This document shows positions 1 through 12,021 of a stretch of DNA of 64,000 nucleotides, piece after piece. Position 1 is the stretch's first letter. Every line of letters begins with the position of its first letter. The stretch is from contig LSRY02000002.1 of assembly GCA_001643675.2 (NCBI GenBank), forward strand, positions 2,418,001 to 2,482,000. The letters run 5' to 3'. Below the pieces are notes generated by a model. That model saw only the letters and a list, made by a program, of their open reading frames with translations, was not told the origin of the DNA and did not search any database. The stretch is from Monocercomonoides exilis PA203. Its lineage: Eukaryota > Protista > Preaxostyla. The translations under genes were made by a program, and so were the position numbers.

Positions 1-2559
1 ATAATATGCAGCTCCTCCGCCAGCCATCGCTGTGAGATCATCTTTCCCTTCGTAGTACTCGAAAACAGGCTTCGAAGGGTCAGAAAGGATCCAATGGTTC
101 ACTCTGCACTTGGCTGTGTCAACGTCAAGCCCCGAAAACGAAAGGAATCCGTCTTCGATGGGAGCTGTGTATGATCTGTAATGAATGGGCAGCTTGGCAT
201 ACTGCTCCTGCTGGGTGTTTGGATACGGCACTTCTGGAAGAGGGTCTCCGTAGAACACAAGAAACTCTCGCTGCTCAGAATCGTCTGCTACAACAGCACG
301 ACTTGGCCGCTTCCACTCTTGTTGGCTGCTTGTCACAGACTGGGCATTTGTTGTGTCGTTGTTCTCTTCATTCGACGAAGAAAGAGAAGAAATCAAAGAC
401 GTGTAGCTGGAGGTGTCGAGCAACTTTGCTCCGAGATCCTTCATCATTCCGACATCCGGCAAAATGAGATAATCCAATGTGATGCTGGATTCTCTTGTTT
501 CTGAGACACCACCAGCGATGATTATCTGGTCAACCTCGTATGTCTTGCCGTCTCTTTCAATCTTCATCTCCTTCGAATGGATGGCAACATCGTCTCGCTT
601 CTCTAAAATGTAAGGTGGAACAGCAGAAAATGTATCATCATCAGCATCGCCAATATCATATGAATTCACTTTCTCAACTTTACGCTTGATGGGCGTTTCG
701 TATACGCTCATTTTACTTTTTTCATTATTGGAAGCGATATCTTCTTCTTCATCGTACTCTTCTCTTCGCTCAAAATCAATAACCTGCTGCGTGTCTCTTT
801 CCAACGCATTCATCATCCATTGGGTTTCATCAAACTCGCCTTTCTCAAATATTTTTGAAACGTTGGTGTGCAGCTGAGGACGATAGCGCGTTGAAGCTAT
901 CTTCCACTTCCACGACATCAATGAAAACACCCAAATCTGATTGGAGACGGATCCATCACTCATTCTGCCTCCAACAACAATAAGATTTTTGTGCAGAATT
1001 TTCGTGTAGCAGCCAGATCTTCCCAATGGCTTCAGAGAAGAAAGAGGCTTCATCTTAGACCACGAATGGTCAGTAATAGAATATTCCCAAATGTCGTTCT
1101 TCACTTCCTTTACGCCGGTTACTAGATCAACTCCAATTCCTCCAAATATGAATAGACGGCCAGAATGTTCGCACATCCCAAAGTCATACAAGGCAGGTGG
1201 AGTTTCTGTGTTCCCTCCTGTTGGCTCTTCTTTGTGCCATTTCTTGGTTGCGATATCGTAAGAATACAAATCATTGAGCACTGCGCCTCCTGTTCCTTGT
1301 CCGCCATACACCCACAATCTGCCCAGAGCGCCAACAACACCATGAAGTGCCCGTGGTGAAGGAATGTTAGACACAGTCTCGGACACTCGTGTCCACTCTT
1401 TGACGCCAGCAGAAATATCATTCGCATCCAACGTAATTCTGTCTAAATTCCCCAAAATATCTCCATCACGTGTTCCTCCAAACGCAAATCCCCTTCTTGT
1501 AACAACTGCTCCTTCTCCTTCGTTCGTTGATTCTTCATCGCAAATGACAAATCCACCTGCCCTGCGCTGATAGCTTTCGTCATGCAACGCATGAACGACA
1601 ACTTCAACAGTCATTAGCCCTGCATTAGCAACATTCTTGGTGAAGTCAAGAACCAAAAGATCGTTTGCCATTTCTTCAGAAGTGGTCTCTTCATGAAGTC
1701 CTCCAAATAGATAAACATAATTTCCATCCCAACAGATTCCTGCCTCCGTTCGTGGAACAACGTTAATTTCTGTTGTTGTGCCTCTCTCAACTAACGGAAG
1801 ATGTTTCCAATCACCTTCAGTTGGATTATCAACCGGAATTCTATAAACATCTTGCGATTGTTTTGATTTTGATGTGTATCCTCCAAAAATGTATAAATAT
1901 GATCCTGAAGCGAATGCCCCTCCTCCTGATCTTGTAGCTGGGGCATCTGTATATGTCTTAATGTCCACTTCTCCAAGTAATCTTGTCCAAACTCGTGTTG
2001 GAATATGGAACTTCCACACATCATTTGTCTTTCCGTCATTTGTTCTACCACCGAATATATAAAAGTATTCACCATCTTTGCAAAAGTGTGCTGCTTGTCG
2101 AGCAGAAGGTCGTTCATGACTTTGAAAAACCTCGGACCAAACTTTTGTTTGCATGTTAAAAGCCCACATATCGTCATAAAACCCGTCAGGGCCCATTCCT
2201 CCCCAAATCACAAAATCTGTATCGTCAACATAATAGCTATATTCAACTCGTTGTGGGGTAGTATTAATGCCATTGATCTCAACAGGACGCCAATCCATTG
2301 AACCGCTTGTGTAGATAAAGCTCATCACATCTTGTAAATATTGCTTCTTTCCGTCAATACCTGAAAAGCAATAAAATAAATTTTTTGGACATCCGGTAAA
2401 ACTCGGACGAATTAGAATTGCATTCTGGCGCGGAGAAGGAGGAGATCCTCCTGCTGGGCTTTTTCCAAAGCCTGCGAGAATATTTTGAACCTGAGGATCT
2501 GCATCAGCAAATAAGGCATTAATGATAAGCAGTAAAGTGAAATGAAAAGCAAGTTGCAT
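1..2559 (-). CDS. Secreted or surface Kelch-repeat (beta-propeller) protein; 3' end lies outside the window
   Basis: ATG at 2559; translated by hand over most of its length, open and still in frame at base 1 (853 codons). It is missing from the ORF track because no stop falls in the window. Hydrophobic signal-like N-terminus MQLAFHFTLLLIINALFADA. Repeated Kelch motifs: PSPRQNA, FVIWGG..FYDDMWAFNMQTKVW, PSARQAA..FYIFGG..NDVWKF, LYIFGG, VYLFGG, PSPRALH..LWVYGG..LNDLYSYDIATKKW. Confidence 0.85.
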   Translation of the reverse strand, partial: MQLAFHFTLLLIINALFADADPQVQNILAGFGKSPAGGSPPSPRQNAILIRPSFTGCPKNLFYCFSGIDGKKQYLQDVMSFIYTSGSMDWRPVEINGINTTPQRVEYSYYVDDTDFVIWGGMGPDGFYDDMWAFNMQTKVWSEVFQSHERPSARQAAHFCKDGEYFYIFGGRTNDGKTNDVWKFHIPTRVWTRLLGEVDIKTYTDAPATRSGGGAFASGSYLYIFGGYTSKSKQSQDVYRIPVDNPTEGDWKHLPLVERGTTTEINVVPRTEAGICWDGNYVYLFGGLHEETTSEEMANDLLVLDFTKNVANAGLMTVEVVVHALHDESYQRRAGGFVICDEESTNEGEGAVVTRRGFAFGGTRDGDILGNLDRITLDANDISAGVKEWTRVSETVSNIPSPRALHGVVGALGRLWVYGGQGTGGAVLNDLYSYDIATKKWHKEEPTGGNTETPPALYDFGMCEHSGRLFIFGGIGVDLVTGVKEVKNDIWEYSITDHSWSKMKPLSSLKPLGRSGCYTKILHKNLIVVGGRMSDGSVSNQIWVFSLMSWKWKIASTRYRPQLHTNVSKIFEKGEFDETQWMMNALERDTQQVIDFERREEYDEEEDIASNNEKSKMSVYETPIKRKVEKVNSYDIGDADDDTFSAVPPYILEKRDDVAIHSKEMKIERDGKTYEVDQIIIAGGVSETRESSITLDYLILPDVGMMKDLGAKLLDTSSYTSLISSLSSSNEENNDTTNAQSVTSSQQEWKRPSRAVVADDSEQREFLVFYGDPLPEVPYPNTQQEQYAKLPIHYRSYTAPIEDGFLSFSGLDVDTAKCRVNHWILSDPSKPVFEYYEGKDDLTAMAGGGAAYY

Positions 2560-3228
2560 GATGTAGAACGAGAAGGTCCAAGAAATGTTTGATCTTTTGA
2601 TCAATTATATCATATATTTTAAAGTTGCATTCTTGAGGGATTGAGGCTTCTGAACTTTCAAAAGCATGTCTTTCTTTGCATCAATCAATCATATTTTCAA
2701 ACACTTTTTTTGGAAGTTCTTTCTATTTTCACTTAAAATTGATATTTTCGTATTTCAGAAAAATAACATGATTAAAAGATAATTAAAAAAATCATAAATA
2801 TGCACTAATAATCACAGAATCCAAGAATTATGAAAATCAAAGCACTCAATTATCGTCTTTATTTTAATCATTTTAATTGTTATTTCCAAGAATTCGTTTT
2901 TCAGAAATCTTTGAATGGGAAAAAAAAAAAAAAAATTTTTTTTTTTTTTAAAAAAAATATGCTTCATTCAAGCTTTTTGTTTTTGTCTTGGTTGTTTCAT
3001 GAACACGTTCTGAAAACTGAAGATATCAAAAAAACAAACATATTGATTTTTCATCTTTCTTCCCTTTGAATCAATTCTCATAATATCATCTTTGGATAAA
3101 AAAACTGTTTTCAACATACAACTTTGGTGTTTATTCTGGAGAAGATTGTTAAATATATGTTTTTTTGTTGTTTCGGAAAGAAAGTTTAAAAAATTATATG
3201 TGCATAAAGAATAAGATCGAGAAAATTA

Positions 3229-6200
3229 ATGACAGAAGTTCTTGATAAGCTGCGCAATGAACCTTTGAATAATGATACAAAAGATAAAATATTGTCAACT
3301 TATGAAGGACTTGTTGTAGATTATTGCACGCCTTCAATTTGGATTGTGTGCAAATTAATTAAATATTTGAAATAATTTCATCGATTAGTGTTTTATTGTT
3401 TTTTAATTCTTTCAAAAATAAAAGGACTATGCACATGCAGCGGATAAAGCTGCTGAATTATCTTTTTCAAACGAAACTTATGATCAGATAGACATTGACA
3501 AAATTAGAAGCATTTATAGTCGAGGAATTAGTCTTTGTGGTCATTTTATTGATTCGGTTTGTACAAATTTATAATATTCAAAATTATATTTATTTGTTGA
3601 TTTATTTTTGGTATTTAAGGCTGCTGAATTGTGGTCAAGTGCCCAAGAGTTTGAATCTAAACAACTGGCAAGAATAACAAAAAAAATTGTCAATGACGAA
3701 AATGGAAAAATAGAAAATATTAAAGAAGAAAATATATGTCAGCATTTGCAACAGCTTTCGGAAGAAAACTCGGACTTGTACAAAAAGCAAGTACTGAAAA
3801 TTCGACAATTGTTTCATCAACAACTGATGATACCAATGCGAGGACTGCGAGATGCATTTCTCGCTATGCATCGCTTTGAAAAGGCTCAGCTTTTAAGCGA
3901 TGAAAACAAGGAGCAACTTCCTTTTTCGGAATCAGACGAAATGAAAGATGCTCTTGGGATGAACTATGAAATAACGCCATATTACCATCAAGTTGTGTTT
4001 TTTTTTTTACTTGAATCAAGATTATTATGATTAATTGTTTTGATTATTTGTATATAAAAACTATTTGCATTATTGTGTCTTGCAATTTTAGTCAATGAAT
4101 GCAATGTCAGAGAGAAAGCAATTTGAACTTTCAGTTAGTGGAGCGAGTGAAGAAGATCCAAAAAAGCTATCATGGATTGAATACATCGACTTTGAAAAGC
4201 AGAAACGAAGAAATACTTTGATGGGAAAACAGAATGAGCAATATGTTCCTCCTTTGTCACAGTCTTCGCGGATAATCGCTTTATTTGAAAGGTTTGACAC
4301 AAATATTTGTTTCTAATGATTATTTCACCTTTGCACAATTGTCTGAAATGGCTTTTAATATTTGTTGTATATTATTTCATGTTATTTTCCTTGAACATTG
4401 AATGTTCTATTGTTGCATTTGATTGAAAGAGCACTTTGGTTTCTGTACAGAGACAGCGACATGTGGATACGATATATCGATTTTTATGAAAATGAATTTG
4501 TCGATTTCGAAGTTGCACATCTTCAATATCGTGCAGCAATCGACGCTGCTTCAAAGAGCCAACAGGCATCTGCTTCGTCGAACTCCTCTTCTGCCAAGCA
4601 GAAGAAAGCAAAGCCTGCTGTTATCAGCTCGCAGACCAGGGCAGGGCTGCGTGTTGCAGCAGAAAATGCTGTGGAGCAGTTGTATCAGCGTGCAATGAGA
4701 AGCTGTGGAAGGAATGAACTCATCTGGGTTGCCTGGATGCGCCACATGGAAAAGAAAAAGATGGCGGTTCCGTTGTTGAATCCAATGACAGTTCTCAATG
4801 AGAAATGGGAAAGCTTAAAAAACGATGAAGGAAAGATGGAAATTGAGCCATCTTCAGATGAATCAAAGGAATTCAATTCATCGTCAACAGAATCTTCTAG
4901 TGATCTTTCCATCCTTTATTCTTCGCTTGGACAGGTGGAGCAGACAGTGATAAATGCTCTTCAACACGTTTTTCAGCCTGATGCTTCGAAAGTGCGTGAG
5001 TCACTGTATTCCCTGCATCATGTACTAGTTCCACCTCGTGATGGAAGAGTGGATGTTGTGTTGGCGTATCTGCAATGGGCAATGAGATGGCTCATAAGAG
5101 AGTGGAAGAATGAATGTCTGAATGCAGAGAAGTCGAATGCTGAAGGAAATGAAATGGAGCTGGACGATGCACCTGAAGAGTCTGAGGCAATGAAAAAGAA
5201 AAAGAAAAAGGAGCAGCAAAAGAAAGGTGATGGTCAGTTGGACCATGAGCCGTTTGAATTCACTGAAATTTGTCAGCCTTCTCATAAAATAAAAGCAGCT
5301 GTGGATGAAATCTTCCAATTTGCTTCATCTTTATGCATAATTAATTCTGCAGAGAATTCAAAGCAAAAAACAACAACTCAAACTTCATTGCCTTCACTTG
5401 CATCAATCTTTGGAGTTTTATCTCCATTTGATAGCGTTGATCTCTTCTGCGAAATTGATGTTTATCATGTATTTATTCTGACTGCCCTTTGGAAGCAAAC
5501 AAAAATTAATGAAAATGCTTCAAAAGTGTCAGCCTCTTCAGCAAGTTCAGAATCAACACAGGATTCTCAATTTGTTGATCGGAACTCAATTGATCAGGAA
5601 ATTGCATCTTTGACTGAAACGGCTGTGAAAAAAGGAGGAAGACTAAGCAGTTCCATCCGTTTAGGCTTGATAAAAGCAGCTGAGAGGGCCAGTTGCAACT
5701 GCGTAAAGTTGATAAGGAGGAATTTCGGAGATGGAGTGCGATATGGTGTGGAAGGAGTGGAAGAGATCGGAAATGAATGGATTCAATGGGAGGAGTGGAT
5801 GGCAGCGCAGGTGGAGGATGTCGAAAGAGCAAGGATTAGCATCAGAATGCGAGAGGATGAGAGAAGAAGGATAGAAGGGAAAAATCAGAATGTGATTGAA
5901 ACAACGAAGTGTCCAAGCAAAGCAACGAAGGAAGGAAAACAAAAGAATGAAAATAAAACATTGGAAAAAAATGCAAAGCCACAATTGGAATTTAAGCCAA
6001 CAAGTAATTCAGCAAAAGCGAATGAAAGAAATGCAGAAGAACAAACAGTTGAAAAACGGAGAGGAGATGATATCGATGAGGAGAATGAGATGGAGCATGA
6101 AGAGAAAGAAGAGAATGAAGGAACGCAAGAAGAGCAAATAAAGCCAGATATTCCGCTGAATGAAACAAAGCGAAAGAGAGATCTTAAAGACAGCCAAGAA

Positions 6201-6767
6201 TACATTCAGCTTTCTGTATCTTCGATGCCAAGTACAGACTCATCTGATTCAATCATACAACAAGAACATACTGAGACGCATGTAAGTAATGAAGAAGGAG
6301 GCGTCGTGGAGCACAAGCCTTTCTTCACAGATGAAAATACACTCTTTGCGCGGAATGTGGCCAATACAGCGACAGAACAGAAAATACAAGATCTGTTTGA
6401 ACCAGGTGCTGTGAAGCAAGTTAGGCTGCTTACGAACGAAGATGGCACATTGAGAGGGTTGGGATACATTGAATTTGTGAGTAAGGAGAAAATGGAGGAA
6501 GGGCTCAAGAAAGACGGGAGCCTTATTGATGGAAGGCCTATTGCACTTGCTGTGAGCAGGCCGAGGCAAGGGGAGAGGTGGAAAGAGAGCAGAAGAGGAG
6601 GAGCACGAAGACATGACGAAGGAAATCAGTGGAGATGGAGCAGAAGAGGCAGAGCTGGGAATTTCTCAGAGGAGAGCGAGAAGGCAAAGGCTTTGAAGCA
6701 AGAAACGAAAACTGGGCAAAGGCAGATTCTGTCTATGGTTCCACCTTCGTTGTTGAGGAAGACATGA
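3229..6767 (+). CDS. SART3: SART3/Prp24-like U4/U6 snRNP recycling factor (HAT repeats plus one RRM), spliced
   Basis: Exons about 3229-3345, 3425-3556, 3620-3991, 4092-4291 and 4430-6767, joined in frame by GT-AG introns. Spliced product has SART3-like HAT motifs (YEGLVVDYCTPSIWIDY, KIRSIYSRGISLCG, ELWSSAQEFE, KIRQLFHQQLMIPM, RIIALFERALWFLYRDSDMWIRY) and an RRM (FTDENTLFARNV..RGLGYIEF..IDGRPIALAVSRP). The true start may lie further upstream. Confidence 0.8.
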
Positions 6768-7342
6768 TAAAAAATTTGCACGTGGATGAGTTTTCTTACA
6801 ATTCTTATTACAAAAAGTCGGAAGGCATTTTAATGTTTTTTCTAAAAAATTTTTTCTCAATTCGAATCTTTTCGTTTATTGTTTATTCCACTTTGATAAA
6901 AGACATACAAAGCTGCTCGATAAAACAAACCTGAAAAAGCTGGGGAAAAACGGATAAAAACTCAAGTGATAATTTAACACAAGTGAAATGAGAAAAGAAA
7001 AAAAATAATTAGAATCAAATAGAATTAAACAATGTCAGACATATAATTAAAAATACTAACAGTAACATCTGCAGGAATATATCTATACCTGTCAGATGAA
7101 TATTAAGTTGAAATTCATAAAAGCCAATGAAAGATTTTGAATGTTCACAAAAAACGACTATAAATATAGATAAACAAAGCAAATAAACCAAAAATAAACA
7201 ATGTTATATTGCATCCTTCAATTATTAAACAATAACACATATTTTGAAGAATGATGCAATTTCGAAGAAAAAGAAATGCAATAAATAATACCATTAAACA
7301 TATAATATATGCAAAAAATTCCAATAAATAAACATAATGAGC

Positions 7343-9602
7343 TCATTTATTTGAATGTTTAGTACAAGACGAAGGGTTTTGTGCATGTACAGGGGGAGAG
7401 AGAGAATAAGATGATCTGTCCAGCGAAGATGTAGAGCGGATGTTGTAAAGGCGATGGGCAGAACTTGAAAGAGATGAGGAGTGGCGATTGAGAGCAGGCG
7501 AATCAGCCAAATGAGAAGGAGAGAAATGAGATGAAGAATAAGAGTTCGGTAAATCTTTAGCTTGTGCTGATTGAGAAGTTAATGAGTGAGAAAGAAGAGG
7601 CTGGTGTTCGTTCAAGCTCGTTCTTGATCGAAACCCGCGGAAAGAAGAGTCCGACAGTGAGGCAGGCGATGAAGGAAGGAGGCAATCAGAACACACACTC
7701 GATTTTGAGAGGGGAGACTTAACCATTTTGCTGCCATTGCCTCCTTCCCGCCTGATTTGCAGTGACTCAGAAAAGTATTTTTTCTTTTCGGTGGAAGGGA
7801 AAGAAGAATTCGATGAATTGGATCTGGTGTATGTGACTGCAGGAGCTGCTGTTCTCGAAAGCGAGCTGTTGGAGCGAGTGTGCAGCGACAACGATGAAGC
7901 AGAGGCTGAAGCAGAAGAGGAGAATCCAGGCGAGAGATGTGCTCGGCTGGACGAAGGCAGCTGGAATCTGGGTGTGATGAGGTAGTGGTCGTTTATTGGA
8001 GAAAGGCCGTTGCGCTGCTTCTTCTCGTCTTTCCGCTTGAACATCACCAGCTTCTCCATCACATCCAGCGGTGTGCCTGTCTGGATGGTTTCTTGCCATT
8101 CTTTCTCTTCCTTCTCTTCCTTCTCCTTTGCGAGCTTCTCCTCTTCTCTGCTTCTCACATGCGGCTCGCCCCTTGCAGAGAGCATAGCAGGTGAAGAGAT
8201 GGATGTCACACTCATCGACAGCGGCACAGCTATCTTCAGAGGGATTCTTGGCACTTTTGATGAAAGAAGCGGCAGAGGAGGCGATGCAAATGACGAAGCG
8301 TTGATGGGCGGAGAGAGATCGGTGGAGGATAGCTTAAGAGAAGGAATAGCAGCTAAATGTTGGAAGTGCGGTTGCTGTTGGTTGGAACGCTGCTCAAATC
8401 CTGGTTGAGTTTGCTGTGGATTTTTAGTTGAACTTTTGGATTCTCCAACAGTTTCAAAATCGTCTTCGTATTGTTCTGATTCGTCTGTTTGTTGATTGCT
8501 TAAAGAAGAAAACGAAGATGCATTGGGAACAGCTTCTTCTTCTCCATGTTCTTTTGTTTGGATTTCATTTTTATTTTTGTCATCAGTTTGATTGTTCTGC
8601 TCTTTTGCTCTTAGTTTTTCTTCATACATTTTTCGTTTCTCTTTCTCTCTTTCTCTCTTCCACATTCTCCTCCATTGCTTTTCTCTTTCTTCTTCCTCCT
8701 CCTTCAGCTCCTCCTGTTTCTTTCGTATTTCCTTCTCCACATTCCATGGCTTCCTATCCCCAAATCCATCACTCACTCCTTTGGGTATCATGAAATGAGG
8801 CATTCCCCCATTTTCTTTCTCAAAGATTTCCTCCTTTTCTCTCCAAGTCAGCTTATTTTTTGCCCCTTTCTTTTCAACTGGATTTGTTAACGCTTCCAAC
8901 CGCAATCTCCTTTCTTTCATTCGATCTCTTGCAAGCTTTCTAATCTCTGACAAATTTACACTTTTTTCATTTTTCATAAGATCAGAATCCTGCAAATTTT
9001 GTGGCTTGTCTTCACCTTCTGCTTTCCCTTCTTCTTTTTGTTCTGAGTCTTCTGAATGTGTTTTGTCATCAACTTTTGATGCTAGTAATTTAAATTTCGA
9101 TATTATATCCTGTTGAGGATCTTGTTCTTGCCAGGATAACAGGTTTGTAACTTCCTCCAAAAGTGCAGTAAAATTATGTTCATGTTCCGTGAAAGTTTCA
9201 AGAAGATCTGGTGAATCTGATCTTTCAATTTCTTCATTTTTTGTATCTGCTATCTTTGAATTGTCTTCCTTGTTCAATTGTTTCATTATTTCTTCTGAAA
9301 CATGAGCTGCTGTTTTCACTTCACTATCTAATTCGCTGATAGTTAATTCTTCATCAATTGAATCTGTTTGTAAAAATTTAGCAATCATTAAAACAATAAA
9401 TTTATAAAAAATTAAATAATTAGAAAATGAAAAATATACAAAGTGTATTCTTCTTTTTGAATGACTGAAGGGAATGAATGTTGTGCTTGGGATGTGTTCT
9501 AATTTTATCTTTTCCATTGTATCTCTCAGGAGGATAAAAAATAGGAGGCAGAACAACAGGAGAATTGTCGAGTTGAACATGACCAATAGGTCGGATGTCC
9601 AT
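7343..9602 (-). CDS. Hypothetical protein with charged coiled-coil and Ser-rich disordered C-terminus
   Basis: Long ORF 7343-9586. A more plausible model is exon 9602-9440 (MDIRPIGHVQLD...), GT-AG intron 9439-9364, then in-frame exon 9363-7343. No recognisable domain. Confidence 0.65.
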
Positions 9603-9843
9603 GCCTAAATATAGTAAAGTCAAAAAATGATGAAATTTATTTTTTGAAATATTGTAAGGAAACCTCTATCAAAATATTTTTTGTTTCAATGACTTCAATA
9701 TAATTATTATGGATAATTAAATCTTTTTTGGTATTCATTTACAGTGTTTTGCGACAGGCATATTTAAAATCAACAAAGATGTCAAAAACGAAAATATGTT
9801 AAAAAGAAAAAATTATATTTTATTATTGAAAGAAAATTACGTC

Positions 9844-11461
9844 ATGCTAAGAATTGTTTTAACAATCTGTGTATTGTGTGTATAACTGCTTTTATTCGTG
9901 GTGTAATTTGATTGAAATTTAGAATTTCAAATTTGTTTTGTGGAGTTTTAACTCAGAAGACTTCTTCAAAAGAATTACGTGCTCCAGAATTATCAGATGA
10001 ACAACTAACACAGAAAAAAATAAAGCAAGCTCATTATGTTAATGATGTTGGACATTATATAATGGATACGTTGGCGACTTCGTCTCACACAATTTTCCTT
10101 TCACCTTTTTCGATTCATACTGTCTTAATGTTACTGGGGCATGGTGCAACTGGAGAAACAGAGCTTTTGCTGAGATCATTTTTACGAATTCCGTCTGAAG
10201 AAGCAAAAATTACAGTATTCTATTTTTATTTTGTGTTTTTTATTTTAGTAATTATTTTCTTTTTCAGCTTGCAGAGATTCAGATTTCATTGACAAAAGCA
10301 CTCATTCATAGCAATTCCCAACCTTTATATTTGCTTGCAAATTCAATCTGGATAAATGATCATTTTGATGTTTACCAACAGTATATTTCAGATTGTAGCG
10401 AAGCCTTTAATGCAACTGCAAAACTTGTGAATTTTGGAGATATAGAGTTTGACGATTATTTATTTTTCAAAAAAATTTTTTTATTACGAGTCATGTTTAG
10501 AACAGCCTCCATGATTAACTCTTGGGTCAAAAACTCGACAAATGGTTTAATTGAAAATGCTGTTGAGCAGACGAATATTGAAGACAAAATTATTCTTATA
10601 AATACACTTTATTTCAAACAACGATGGGATTATCCTTTTGATCCATCAAAAACAAAGCTACAAACGTTCTTTCTTTTGAATGGAGAAAAAAAAGAGGTAG
10701 AGATGATGGAGAAGAATGAAGAAATGTTGTATGTGGAGAATAAGGACGTCAGGGCAATATCAATTTCATTCCGAGACAAAAGAGCGCAATTTATTGTTTT
10801 CTTACCAAATCGTATGCTTAGTATTTTTTATCCGAATTGATTTATTTATTTGGTGTATTTCTGATTCTTAGAACGCGATTTTGAATCAATGCAAAGATGC
10901 ATCTCGAAATACATAGAAGCTGATTGGTTAAACAGCGTAGTTCGTTCAATGGCAATGCGCCGCATGAATGTGCAGCTCCCAAAGATGAAAATCAGCCAAG
11001 AAACTAAACTGAAAGATACACTTTCAAAGCTGGGTATTCGGAACATCTTTACAAAAGCAGCAAATTTCTCGAATATTTCTCCGGGCTTTTTTGAGAATGA
11101 TGGAAATGAATCATTGAAGGCAAGAGAAGGAGAGAGAGATGAAGAAGAGAAAGCGAATCTGTATGTCAGTGATATCGTTCACCATGCTGTCTTGGATGTG
11201 AATGAATTGGGAATTGAAGCAGCTGCAGCAACAATCACTTACTCAAACTCTGCTGAAGAGAAAGAGGAGCAGAAGGGAATTGACTTCGTTGTTAATCGTC
11301 CGTTTATCGTTGCTATTGTTGAAAAAGATGCAAATCTTATTCTTTTTGAGGGGGCTATTATGGACCCTGTCAATGTTGCCCAAAGCTCCTCTTCTTCAAA
11401 CAGGAAAAATGCACATATCTACAAACAGCTTCAAGAAAAATATGAGAAGCAAGAACTTTGA
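9844..11461 (+). CDS. Serpin (serine/cysteine protease inhibitor family) with signal peptide, spliced
   Basis: Three ORF pieces separated by about four short AT-rich GT-AG introns. Serpin motifs: IFLSPFSIHTVLMLLGHGATGET, LANSIW, INSWVKNSTNGLI, LINTLYFKQRWDYPFDPSKT, VQLPKMKI, hinge VNELGIEAAAAT and FVVNRPF. The N-terminus MLRIVLTICVLISNLFC looks like a signal peptide. Confidence 0.93.
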
Positions 11462-12021
11462 CAAAAACATGTATTCTTTGGTTAAAGGAATATCTCATAT
11501 AATTGCAGGTTAAATATCGATTTCATAGATAGCCTTTTGGAATTTGTTGACTGTTCAATAAGTTAAATTATCTTTTTTTTACAATTGATGAATTTTTTAA
11601 TGATGCCTTCATGACTGGGAAAGTGTTACAAGTCGCAAAAGGTACATTCGAAAAATACCTTTTGACTTTTTCTATTTATGCTTATAATTCGGATAAATAC
11701 ATTTTCGTGCAACACATTAGAAATTCAATATTTTATTTTGTTCACTCTTTTATATTTCTCTTCATTATTTCTTGGAGAAGACGAAATTTGATTTGAAATA
11801 CTCAATAAAAATGAAAGATAACCAAAAAAAGTAAAGCAATCACTCTGGTCTTACAATAAGAAGGTTCAGAGAAAGGAAAACGTAGGATTAGTATTTGAAG
11901 GAAAAGAGAACTAAACAAAGGGAAGTGATGGTAATCATGCTATGTATTGTTGAATAATCGAAATTATAGGAATAAATAACTCGAAAAAAGAGAACTGTTG
12001 GCCAAAACACAAAAAGATCAC

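Noticed and set aside
2361-2390. Possible 30-nt GT-AG intron in the Kelch gene
   Set aside because: The frame is open through it and the encoded NLFYCFSG fits the first Kelch blade, so no intron is needed.
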